Shown here one piece after another: positions 26,976 through 36,139 of a DNA stretch of 64,000 nucleotides. Origin of the DNA: an uncultured virus (IMG/VR IMGVR_UViG_3300048580_000163) (lineage: Duplodnaviria; Heunggongvirae; Uroviricota; Caudoviricetes); IMG/VR virus record IMGVR_UViG_3300048580_000163, positions 1-64,000 of that record, one strand, 5' to 3'. The translations under genes were made by a program, and so were the position numbers. The notes under the pieces were generated by a model. That model worked only from the letters and a program-made list of their open reading frames with translations, did not search any database and was not told where the DNA came from. Every line of letters begins with the position of its first letter. Positions within the stretch are counted from its first letter, which is position 1.

Positions 26976-29417
26976 ATGATAAAGAAGAAAGCGGAAGGTA
27001 TTTCCATTCCTTACAGAAGTTTTCCAAATCAAAATGTACCATTTGAGGTTCAAAAGGGAAAAGATTATGGATTACAAGTTGGCGAAAGTATTCAAGCAGA
27101 ATGGTTTAAAAGAGAAAGCTCTACCTGTAAGTATTATCAACAAAGAGATGAATTTCACAAGAGAAGAATGTATGCTAATGGATTGCAGAGTGTTGCAAGA
27201 TATAAGGAGTACTTCGCTGTTAATGGAGATATGTCTTATTTGAATTTAGATTGGAAGGTTATACCAGTTATCCCTAAGTATGTAGATATAATTGCTAATG
27301 GAATGGCTCAGAGAGAATTCTCTATTAATGCTATTGCAGTAGACCCTACATCTGTTGAAGAAAAATCAAAGAAGAGAGAGAATCTTAAGACAGATATGAT
27401 TGGGAAGGAGTTAGCTCAAAAAATAAAGAATGATGTTGGGATTGAAGTAACTTCTGTTCCTTTAGATCAAATACCAGAAAGTGAAGATGAGATAGATATT
27501 AAGATGGAGTTTGAATTTAAGCCACCAATTGAACAAGCTGTAGAGATAGCTGTTGAAACGGTATTTAAAGAGAATAACTACAACGAAATTACAAGAAGAA
27601 AAATAGAGAAGGATATAATCGAGATTGGTGTTGGTTTTGGAAAACATAGATTCGTTCCTGGAGACGGAATTAAGATTGAATATGTTGACCCTGCAAACTT
27701 AATTTGGTCGTACACAGAAGACCCTTACTTTCAAGATTGCTTCTACTACGGAGAATACAAGAATACAAATTTATCAGAAGTTTATAAGGAATTTCCAAAT
27801 CTAACTGATGAGCAAAAACAAAGACTACAAAGCATATCTTCATCTTGGAATAACTATTATGAATTGAACCTTAATGGTCAATCTCAAGATGTATTAGATG
27901 GTAAATTAGGCTTATTGTACTTTAATTACAAAACCTCAAGAGAGAAAGTTTGGAAGAAGAAGAAGAATTCAAAGGGTGGATTAAAAGTTATCGCAAAAGA
28001 TAATGACTTTGTATATAAAGGAACAGGTGATGCCGACTTTGAGAAATTAACTAAGATTGAAGAGGTGTGGTTCGAAGGTATTTTAGTACTAGGAACAAAT
28101 ATCTTATTAAAGTGGGAGGTTTGTAAGAATATGGTTAAGGAGAAATCAAACTTAAACAAAGTACAGCCTAACTACATTGGTATTGCTCCTAAAATGTATA
28201 AAGGACATATAGACTCAACTGTGAACAGAATGATACCATTTGCAGATGACATTCAGATGTCTTGGTTAAAGCTACAACAAATAAAACAAAGAGTTGTTCC
28301 TGATGGTCAATACATTGATGTTGATGGGCTAGTAGGTATTAATCTTGGTGGTGGAAATAAATACACCGTAGAAGACGCTATGAATATGTACTTCCAAACA
28401 GGTTCTGTTATCGGTAGAAGTTCTAATGTAGGCGGTGAATTTAACAATGCTAAAGTGCCTATTCAAGAGATTAGACATTCATCAGGTCAAGATAAGATTA
28501 GTTCATTATGGGATTCAATTCAAATATCTATGGATATGATTGCATCTGTAACAGGAATTAATCAAGCTATTGATGCAAGTAATCCTGATAAGAATAGTTT
28601 AGTTGGTATTCAAAAGATGGCAGCGTATTCTTCAAATGTAGCGACAAGACACATATTAGCAGGCAGTATGTTTGTTACAAGAGAGTTAGCTAAATGCATT
28701 ACAATTCGTATTGCAGACGTATTACAATTCTCTGAGACCAAACAAGACTTGATAAATAAAATATCAGCTAACAATGTTACTGCGTTGGATAAGATTAAGA
28801 ATATGTATATCCACGACTTTGCTATAAACATCGAATTAACACCTGACGAAGAAGAAAGAGCTAAATTAGAAGGGGATATTACATTTGAAATTCAACAAGG
28901 AAATCTTGGTGTAGAAGATAAGTATGCTATTCTTGGTATTAAGAATTTATCCTTAGCATCTAAATACCTTTCAATTAAGAAGGAGAAGAGAATGAAGGAG
29001 AGACAAGAGCAAAAAATGCAAGAAATTAATGCTCAAACTCAAGGTAATATGCAATCTGCTCAAGCTGCTTCAGAAGGCAAGGCTCAGTTAATTCAATTAG
29101 AAGGTCAAAGTAAAGCGATGGTAGAGCAAGCAAGAGTAGCTGCCGAGATAGAGAAGATGAAGGCTGAAGTTGAAATGAAGCTTATGCTTATGGAGAAAGA
29201 GTTTGGATACCAAATGCAACTTAAGGGGATTGAGGTTGATGGTATGAAGACCAAAGAACAAATGAAGGAGGATAGAAAAGACGAGAGAACAAAATTACAA
29301 GCTACACAGCAATCTAAGATGATAGAGCAACGTAAAAAAGATTTACCTGCGGTGTCATTCGAGAGTAATGAAGATAGTCTTAATGGGTTTGACTTAAGTT
29401 CTTTTGACCCTAGATAA
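26976..29417 (+). CDS. Portal protein
   Basis: 813 aa after terminase; PVIPKYVDI, VDPANL, VTGIN; Q/M-rich coiled C-terminus. Confidence 0.88.
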   Translation: MIKKKAEGISIPYRSFPNQNVPFEVQKGKDYGLQVGESIQAEWFKRESSTCKYYQQRDEFHKRRMYANGLQSVARYKEYFAVNGDMSYLNLDWKVIPVIPKYVDIIANGMAQREFSINAIAVDPTSVEEKSKKRENLKTDMIGKELAQKIKNDVGIEVTSVPLDQIPESEDEIDIKMEFEFKPPIEQAVEIAVETVFKENNYNEITRRKIEKDIIEIGVGFGKHRFVPGDGIKIEYVDPANLIWSYTEDPYFQDCFYYGEYKNTNLSEVYKEFPNLTDEQKQRLQSISSSWNNYYELNLNGQSQDVLDGKLGLLYFNYKTSREKVWKKKKNSKGGLKVIAKDNDFVYKGTGDADFEKLTKIEEVWFEGILVLGTNILLKWEVCKNMVKEKSNLNKVQPNYIGIAPKMYKGHIDSTVNRMIPFADDIQMSWLKLQQIKQRVVPDGQYIDVDGLVGINLGGGNKYTVEDAMNMYFQTGSVIGRSSNVGGEFNNAKVPIQEIRHSSGQDKISSLWDSIQISMDMIASVTGINQAIDASNPDKNSLVGIQKMAAYSSNVATRHILAGSMFVTRELAKCITIRIADVLQFSETKQDLINKISANNVTALDKIKNMYIHDFAINIELTPDEEERAKLEGDITFEIQQGNLGVEDKYAILGIKNLSLASKYLSIKKEKRMKERQEQKMQEINAQTQGNMQSAQAASEGKAQLIQLEGQSKAMVEQARVAAEIEKMKAEVEMKLMLMEKEFGYQMQLKGIEVDGMKTKEQMKEDRKDERTKLQATQQSKMIEQRKKDLPAVSFESNEDSLNGFDLSSFDPR

Positions 29418-29445
29418 AAAATAGTTATATTTGCAATAAAAAAAT

Positions 29446-30348
29446 ATGATAGGAATATACAAGATAACTTCTCCGTCTGGGAAAATATATATAGGTCAAA
29501 GTACAAATATAAACAGCAGAATAAGAAAATACAGAAATAACAACTGTAAAAATCAAGTTAGATTGTATAATTCTATCTTAAGTTATGGATTTAAAAATCA
29601 TAGTTTTGATATTATTGAAGAGTGCTTTATAAACGAATTAAACGAAAAGGAAAGGTTTTGGCAAGATCATTATAACTCCACAGGAAATGAAGGATTGAAT
29701 TGTAAACTTACAGAAACAGATTCTCTTAGTGGTAAGCATTCAGAAGAAACAAAGTCAAAAATAGGATTTTCTAATAAAGGTAAAAAAAGAAGCGCAGAGC
29801 AAATAGAGAATATGTCTATTGTAATGAAGGGTAAATTTTCTGGGGAAAAACATCCAATGTATGGTAAAAATCATACTGAAGAAACTAAAGATAAAATATC
29901 TGAATCAAAAAAAGGCAATAAAAATATGCTTGGCAAAAATCATTCAGACGAATCTAAAGAGAAAATATCTAATTCACTTAAAGGATTTAAGCATACAGAA
30001 GAAAGTAAAATAAAAATATCAAAAGGATTAGTAGGTAGAAAAGTATCTATTGAAACTAGAAAGAAAATATCAGAAAGCAATAAAGGAACTGTATTTTCAA
30101 AAGAAAGAAGGGAGAAAATATCCAACGCATTAAAAGGAAGGGTGTTATCAAAAGAGTGCTTAGAAAAAAGAAGCAAAAGTATATCTGGGGAAAATAATTA
30201 CAAATCAAAATTAGTCTTAGATTTAGATAGTGGAATATATTATTATTGCGTAAGAGAAGCTGCTGTGGCTAGAAATATAAATATATCTACACTGAATAAT
30301 TACTTAAGTGGAAATAGACCAAATAAAACAAGTCTAATATATGTTTAA
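29446..30348 (+). CDS. GIY-YIG homing endonuclease with NUMOD3 repeats
   Basis: GIYKITSPSGKIYIGQS; repeated HSEETK.KIS; own TATATTTG at 29426. Confidence 0.92.
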   Translation: MIGIYKITSPSGKIYIGQSTNINSRIRKYRNNNCKNQVRLYNSILSYGFKNHSFDIIEECFINELNEKERFWQDHYNSTGNEGLNCKLTETDSLSGKHSEETKSKIGFSNKGKKRSAEQIENMSIVMKGKFSGEKHPMYGKNHTEETKDKISESKKGNKNMLGKNHSDESKEKISNSLKGFKHTEESKIKISKGLVGRKVSIETRKKISESNKGTVFSKERREKISNALKGRVLSKECLEKRSKSISGENNYKSKLVLDLDSGIYYYCVREAAVARNINISTLNNYLSGNRPNKTSLIYV

Positions 30349-30428
30349 ATTATCAGAATTCGAACCACGATAAATAAAAACTATTATTTTGTAATTTTGC
30401 AGAGAAATTTAATTAAATCAAATACTAT

Positions 30429-31448
30429 ATGTTTAAAATGAAATTAGAAGGGTCTGAGTACTCTGATGTTCAAAATAATGATGTGATCATTGACAATGAA
30501 GGAGTGTCTGAAGTGAACGACCAAATTACAGATTCGGTTACAACAACAAATGATACACCTGATGAGATTATAGAAGACAAACAAGTTCTTACATTTAATA
30601 ATGACGATGACGTATTAGAATACCTTAAGACTAAGGAAGAATTATTATCTAAGGTAGCTCCTAAAAGCGAAAGCAAGGAATTACCAGAAGATGTTAAGAA
30701 GTACTTAGAGTTTAAAGAGGAAACAGGTAGGGGGTATAATGATTTTTTAGAATACCAAAAAGACTTTTCTGAATTAGACGAACAAGATATTGTTAAGAAG
30801 TATATGCGAGAAATGAATCCTGAATTCGACAATGAAGATATTCAAGATGAATTTTTAGATGCATACGCTTATGATGAAGACCTTGATGATGACAAGGATA
30901 TAAGAAAAAAGACTCGTGCATTTAAGAAGGCTCACGCAGATGCCTTAGAATACTTTAATAAACAAAAGGAAAAATATGCTGTACCATTAGGGTCTAGTGA
31001 TACAGAAATTCCAGCTGAATATAAAAGTGCTAAGGAGTTTGTAGATTCTATTAAAGGGCAAGAGGAATTATCTCAAAAACAGAATGAAATATTCTTGAAG
31101 GAGACTGATAATTTATTTAGCAATGAATTCAAAGGTTTTGAATTTAAAGTTGGTGAAGAAGTTATTAATCACAAACCTTCAAATATTCAATCTACGAAAG
31201 AGACACAATCAAACGTGATGAATTTTTTAGGAAAGTTCTTAGATGAGAATGGTTTTATCAAAGACCCTGAAGGATACCACAAAGCATTGTATGTAGCTAT
31301 GAACTACGAATCAATCTTATCAAACGTATATGAAACAGCTAAGGCTAAGGCTATAGAGGATGAGGTTAGAAATAGTAAGAACATAGATATGGGAATGCGT
31401 AGAGCGCCAGAGAGCATATCTACTGGCACAAAGTTTAAATTAGTATAA
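30429..31448 (+). CDS. Capsid scaffolding protein (putative)
   Basis: Acidic, immediately before MCP. Confidence 0.65.
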   Translation: MFKMKLEGSEYSDVQNNDVIIDNEGVSEVNDQITDSVTTTNDTPDEIIEDKQVLTFNNDDDVLEYLKTKEELLSKVAPKSESKELPEDVKKYLEFKEETGRGYNDFLEYQKDFSELDEQDIVKKYMREMNPEFDNEDIQDEFLDAYAYDEDLDDDKDIRKKTRAFKKAHADALEYFNKQKEKYAVPLGSSDTEIPAEYKSAKEFVDSIKGQEELSQKQNEIFLKETDNLFSNEFKGFEFKVGEEVINHKPSNIQSTKETQSNVMNFLGKFLDENGFIKDPEGYHKALYVAMNYESILSNVYETAKAKAIEDEVRNSKNIDMGMRRAPESISTGTKFKLV

Positions 31449-31483
31449 AAAAGAAATAATAAAAAAAACAAAAACACACACAA

Positions 31484-32842
31484 ATGGCATTAAATTCAAG
31501 TCCAGGAGTAAAATTAACTCCTACTGCAACAAAAGAAATCTTAAATAGCAACTACTTAGATGCTTCTGATTTCGACTTCACAAATCAATTCTTACCTGAA
31601 TTGTATGAAAAAGAATTCGCTCGTTACGGAAACCAATCGTTAAAAGGTTTCTTAGAGAAAATGGGTCAAGAGATGGCTATCCAATCTGACTTAATTAAAT
31701 GGTCTGAAGAAGGTCGTTTAAGACCAGTTGGTACAGGTGTAACTCGTTCAGGAGCTGTATTTACTTTGAATGGACATTCTTTCCGTTTAAATGATACTGT
31801 AATCTTAAATGATGGTACAGTTGAAATGAAAGGTATTGTAACAGCGGAAGACGCAAATACATTTACAGTTGCTGCTTCTACATCTGCTGGTTTCGGTACT
31901 GCTGGTAATACTGGTGCTTTAGCTGCTTCAGGAATCAACGTATTCACTTACTCTAATGAGTATAGAAAAGGAACTAATGGTAGAGCTGAATCTTTAGAGG
32001 CTACTCCAGACATCTTTGATAACAAACCAATCATCATCAAGGAATTAGATGAAGTTAATGGTTCTGATATGGCTCAAGTTGGTTGGATTGAAGTTGAAGG
32101 TGAAGGTGGTAATGGGTACTTATGGTACTTAAAATCAAGAGCGCAATCTCGTCAAAGATTTGATGACTATATCGAGATGGGTATGGTAGAGGGTGTTTCT
32201 TTCGAAAGTGGTTCTGCTGCTGCTACTGCTGGGTACACAGGTACTGAAGGTTTCTTCGAAGCTGTTGCTCAAGGTAACGTATTCTCTGGTGTAATCTCTA
32301 CTATGGATGATGTAGATGAAATCTTATCTCGTTTAAACAAACAAGGTGCTATTTCTGAATATATGATGATGAATGATTTCGAACAAGACAGAGCTATTGA
32401 TTACTTGTTAGCTGCTCAAAATTCTTATGGTGTTGGAGGTACTTCTTACGGAGCTTTCAATAACAGCGAAGATACAGCTTTAAACTTAGGTTTCTCAGGT
32501 TTCAAAGTTGCTGGTTACGAAATCTACAAATCTCAATGGAAATACTTAGATGATCCAACTGCTCGTGGTTTGTTCTCTGGTAACTCTGCAATCAACTCTG
32601 TTCTATGTCCTTCTGGAACAAAAACAGTTAGAGATGAAGTTTTAGGAGCTAATGCTACTTTGCCATTCTTACACGTTAAATACCGTAAGTCTGCTACTGA
32701 AGACAGACGTTATAAAGTGTGGAGCGTTGGTGGAGCTGGAAATGTAAGTAATTCAGACTTAGATGCTAACCAACTACACATGTTGACAGAAAGAGCCTTA
32801 TGTACGATGGGTCGTAATAATTTCGTACTTGTTAAAGGTTAG
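31484..32842 (+). CDS. Major capsid protein
   Basis: Position, 452 aa, strongly biased high-expression codons, terminator follows. Confidence 0.85.
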   Translation: MALNSSPGVKLTPTATKEILNSNYLDASDFDFTNQFLPELYEKEFARYGNQSLKGFLEKMGQEMAIQSDLIKWSEEGRLRPVGTGVTRSGAVFTLNGHSFRLNDTVILNDGTVEMKGIVTAEDANTFTVAASTSAGFGTAGNTGALAASGINVFTYSNEYRKGTNGRAESLEATPDIFDNKPIIIKELDEVNGSDMAQVGWIEVEGEGGNGYLWYLKSRAQSRQRFDDYIEMGMVEGVSFESGSAAATAGYTGTEGFFEAVAQGNVFSGVISTMDDVDEILSRLNKQGAISEYMMMNDFEQDRAIDYLLAAQNSYGVGGTSYGAFNNSEDTALNLGFSGFKVAGYEIYKSQWKYLDDPTARGLFSGNSAINSVLCPSGTKTVRDEVLGANATLPFLHVKYRKSATEDRRYKVWSVGGAGNVSNSDLDANQLHMLTERALCTMGRNNFVLVKG

Positions 32843-32875
32843 TAACTATTTGAAAATCAATAAGTTATAAATAAT

Positions 32876-32906
32876 AAAAGAGAGGTGTAATGCCTCTCTT
32901 TTTTTT
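32876..32906. terminator. Bidirectional intrinsic terminator
   Basis: AAAAGAGAGGT/GCCTCTCTTTT plus T-run. Confidence 0.8.
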
Positions 32907-33594
32907 ATAGATACTCAAGACCTGTGTTGTTTACCTTTGTTTTCCCATTTAATAGGCATTTTACTTTTGAGTATGTAAATCCAAAATCTTCAGCGGCTTC
33001 TCTTATGCAGTCATATACCTTGCCATTGTTTGAGTTTATTATTTTTCTACTCATAGGATTATCTTCTCCTTTTTTAGATATTGTTTTCTGTATATCTGAC
33101 ATTTTTTTTCTAATCTCATCAGAGTGTTTTTTGCCATAGTAAGGATTTTTTTCTCCTTTAAATTTACCTGTATTTGATAATCTTATTTTTTCTCTTACTT
33201 CTTCTGAAGTTTTTTTCCCTTTATTTGGCGATACTGTACCATACATTGGATTTTTTTCTCCTTTTTTACTTTTACTTAATCTTATTTTAGTTTCTTCTGA
33301 ATGACTAAAACCTGCGCATCCTTCTCCTCCATCAGTTAAATTAGATAATGTTCCGTTTTTATCTATAATCTTGCCATATAGTTTTATAAATTCAATTTCT
33401 TTTTCAACAGCAAAATCCCAAGAAACGTCTTCAAAAAGTATTTCTACTTCATATTCTGTTTTAGACACAATACTATTCCATATTTTATTTCTACAAGATT
33501 TGCTTTTTGCTCTATGAAGCCCTGACCTTGTTCCTATGCCAATATAAAACACTTGATTTGTATCTTTTCGTATATGTCTATAAACGTATGCCAT
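32905..33594 (-). CDS. GIY-YIG-like homing endonuclease with NUMOD3 repeats
   Basis: YVYRH...FYIGIG, NLTDGGEG, HSEETK. Confidence 0.88.
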   Translation of the reverse strand: MAYVYRHIRKDTNQVFYIGIGTRSGLHRAKSKSCRNKIWNSIVSKTEYEVEILFEDVSWDFAVEKEIEFIKLYGKIIDKNGTLSNLTDGGEGCAGFSHSEETKIRLSKSKKGEKNPMYGTVSPNKGKKTSEEVREKIRLSNTGKFKGEKNPYYGKKHSDEIRKKMSDIQKTISKKGEDNPMSRKIINSNNGKVYDCIREAAEDFGFTYSKVKCLLNGKTKVNNTGLEYL

Positions 33595-33698
33595 ACTTAT
33601 TTTTTTTACAAATATATATAATTACTTCTAAACGAAAAGTTAAAATTACAACTTATTTTATTTCGTATCTTTGCAGAATAATTCTAATTTAATTTAAT

Positions 33699-34448
33699 AT
33701 GGCAGTAAAAGCTAAAAAGACTGAAGAAGCAGTCAAAGACAAGACATACGTCTTACTTACAAAGAATCCACCTATGCAACTATTCTTAAGAAATAGACAT
33801 AAGAAAGGGTCTCCATTACAATTCTTTGATGAAGAAGAAGGAACATTAAAGAGTTTGTGTTATGGAACAAATCAAAAATCTGTATTTGAAGATGAACAAA
33901 GCGGAGACGTTATCTTAGGCTCAATTATCTTTCAGAATGGTAAACTTACTGTTCCAAGAACAAATCCACAATTACAAAAATTCTTAGAGATTACACCTGA
34001 CAATGGTATTGTATTTGAAGAATTTAAACCAGATGAAATTGCTGAGAAAGAGTTAAGTTCATTAGAGGTCGAAATGGAATCATTACAAACAGCTATGGCA
34101 TTAACTTTACCTGAAATTGAAAGTATTGCATTATCATTATATGGTAGTTCAGTATTATCTAAGAAAACAGCAGAGGTTAAGAGAGATGTATTCTTATATG
34201 CTAAATCAAACCCAGAAAGTTTTATGAAGTTAGCTTCAGATGATCTAACTAAGTTGAAGGGATTAGCTGTAAGGGCTACAGAATTAAATCTTGCTCAATA
34301 CAAAGGAAATGCATTCTATAATGGTGAAACATTATTATGTAAAGTTCCATTTGACGAGACAGACAAGTTTAATACACTTGCAAGATGGATGAATGATACA
34401 GACGAAGGAAAAGCCTTTAACAAGTACGTTCAAAGTAAGATTAAATAA
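33699..34448 (+). CDS. Putative virion/assembly protein
   Basis: After TATCTTTG at 33666; followed by terminator. Confidence 0.6.
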   Translation: MAVKAKKTEEAVKDKTYVLLTKNPPMQLFLRNRHKKGSPLQFFDEEEGTLKSLCYGTNQKSVFEDEQSGDVILGSIIFQNGKLTVPRTNPQLQKFLEITPDNGIVFEEFKPDEIAEKELSSLEVEMESLQTAMALTLPEIESIALSLYGSSVLSKKTAEVKRDVFLYAKSNPESFMKLASDDLTKLKGLAVRATELNLAQYKGNAFYNGETLLCKVPFDETDKFNTLARWMNDTDEGKAFNKYVQSKIK

Positions 34449-34478
34449 TACGCACCCATTTCGTTTTATGTGAAATGC

Positions 34479-34509
34479 AAAAGCCTCTATTGATTAGGGG
34501 CTTTTTTTT
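34479..34509 (+). terminator. Intrinsic terminator
   Basis: AAAAGCCTCTA/TAGGGGCTTTT plus T-run. Confidence 0.75.
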
Positions 34510-34542
34510 ATTTTGTATCTTTGCAAATAAATTTACTTACAA

Positions 34543-35268
34543 ATGATAAATCAAGTATATACTACGGTATTAGCTATATTAAATAAAGACAATAGAGGCT
34601 ATGTTAGTCCTTTGGAATTTAATTTATATTCTGAATTAGCGCAAATGGCTATATTCGAAGAGTTATTTCATAAATACTCTAAGGCTATATCTAAGCAGAA
34701 TGCAAGAATGTATCACTCTGAATTTTCAGATATACCAAAGCATATTAGAGAAGCATTTGACGTATTTATTTCTGAGGCTAATTTATCCTTAATAACTGAA
34801 AGTGGCTTACATCAATATACTGCAACTGATTTTTACAAGGGTGTTAAGATAGAAAGATTACCAACTGGAGCAAATCAATTTTCTGGAAGAATAGAAGTCG
34901 AAGAAGTTAGTAAGTTAGAGATAACTAAATTACTTAATAATAATTTAATATCTCCTACAACAGAGTATCCTGTTTATGTTGGTATTGATGGTAAATATAG
35001 AATATTCCCAATAGTTAGTGGAGCTACAATCATAGGTACTTATATCAGAAAGCCTAAAGCACCGAAATGGACTTACTTAAGTGTTGGAGGAAACCCTTTG
35101 TTTAATGCGTCTGCAACAGACTATCAAGATTTTGAATTGCCAGAACAATTCTTTTCAGATTTAGTTATAAAGATATTAGGGTATTGTGGTATTGAAATCA
35201 GAGAGAATGATGTGGTACAGATAGCACAAGCAATGGAAACCGCAAGTACAAATAACGAACAATTATAA
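34543..35268 (+). CDS. Head-tail adaptor/tail ring protein (putative)
   Basis: NKDNRGYVSPLEFN, YIRKPKAP, ELPE; position. Confidence 0.6.
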   Translation: MINQVYTTVLAILNKDNRGYVSPLEFNLYSELAQMAIFEELFHKYSKAISKQNARMYHSEFSDIPKHIREAFDVFISEANLSLITESGLHQYTATDFYKGVKIERLPTGANQFSGRIEVEEVSKLEITKLLNNNLISPTTEYPVYVGIDGKYRIFPIVSGATIIGTYIRKPKAPKWTYLSVGGNPLFNASATDYQDFELPEQFFSDLVIKILGYCGIEIRENDVVQIAQAMETASTNNEQL

Positions 35269-35278
35269 AATATAATAG

Positions 35279-36139
35279 ATGGCACACCAAATTTTACCAC
35301 CAATAAATTACTATAATAACGAGGATAATTGGGGTAGTTATCAGTATGTATCTCTATCTCAATTGGTTAATAATTTTATGTTAGAACAAATTGGAGACGA
35401 TAGGTTACTATCTAATGTAAAGAGATATAATGTATTACAACACTTTAAGAGAGGTATTCAGGAATTTAATTATGATACATTAAAGGAAGTAAAGGTTGTA
35501 GAGTTAGAGTTAAGTGATTCTTTATTACTTACACTCCCTCACGACTTTGTTTCGTATGTTAGGGTTTCTGTATTAGGAAATGATGGATTATTAAGAACAT
35601 TGTCTAAAGATTCAAGAACATTAATTGGTACAGCTTATTTACAAGACCACGAATTCAATATATTGTTTGATGAAAACGGATATCCTTTAGAGGCTAATGA
35701 AACAGAAACATTTAAGAAATATAACGAAAGAGTAGTTAGTAGAGATAATAGTTATTGTGATCACGACCTAACTGGTCCTAACTATGGGATTAATCCTTCA
35801 CTTAATGCAAATGGATACTTTAGTATAGACAAGAGAAAAGGTGTGATGTCATTCTCTTCTAATATTGGTGGTAGAGTAATTGTATTAGAGTATGTATCTG
35901 ATGGTCTTGAATATAATAACGGAGACGAAGTGATGGTACATAAATTAGCTGAGCAAGCCTTATATAGTTATGTGAAGTATGCTATCTTAAATAATAAGTA
36001 TGGTGTTCAGGAATACATAATTAATAGAGCTAAGAAAGACTACTATAGAGACCTACAAAATGCTAATATCAGAATGTTAGATTTAAGAGGCGGTGAATTA
36101 TTCATATTATTTAATGGTAGAAAGAAATGGCTAAAATAA
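35279..36139 (+). CDS. Tail ring protein (putative)
   Basis: LPHDFVSYVRVS, VLEYVSDG. Confidence 0.6.
   Translation: MAHQILPPINYYNNEDNWGSYQYVSLSQLVNNFMLEQIGDDRLLSNVKRYNVLQHFKRGIQEFNYDTLKEVKVVELELSDSLLLTLPHDFVSYVRVSVLGNDGLLRTLSKDSRTLIGTAYLQDHEFNILFDENGYPLEANETETFKKYNERVVSRDNSYCDHDLTGPNYGINPSLNANGYFSIDKRKGVMSFSSNIGGRVIVLEYVSDGLEYNNGDEVMVHKLAEQALYSYVKYAILNNKYGVQEYIINRAKKDYYRDLQNANIRMLDLRGGELFILFNGRKKWLK

Noticed and set aside
29418..30349. Group I intron around the endonuclease
   Set aside because: Portal has its own stop, and flanks are under 30 nt, too short for a ribozyme core.
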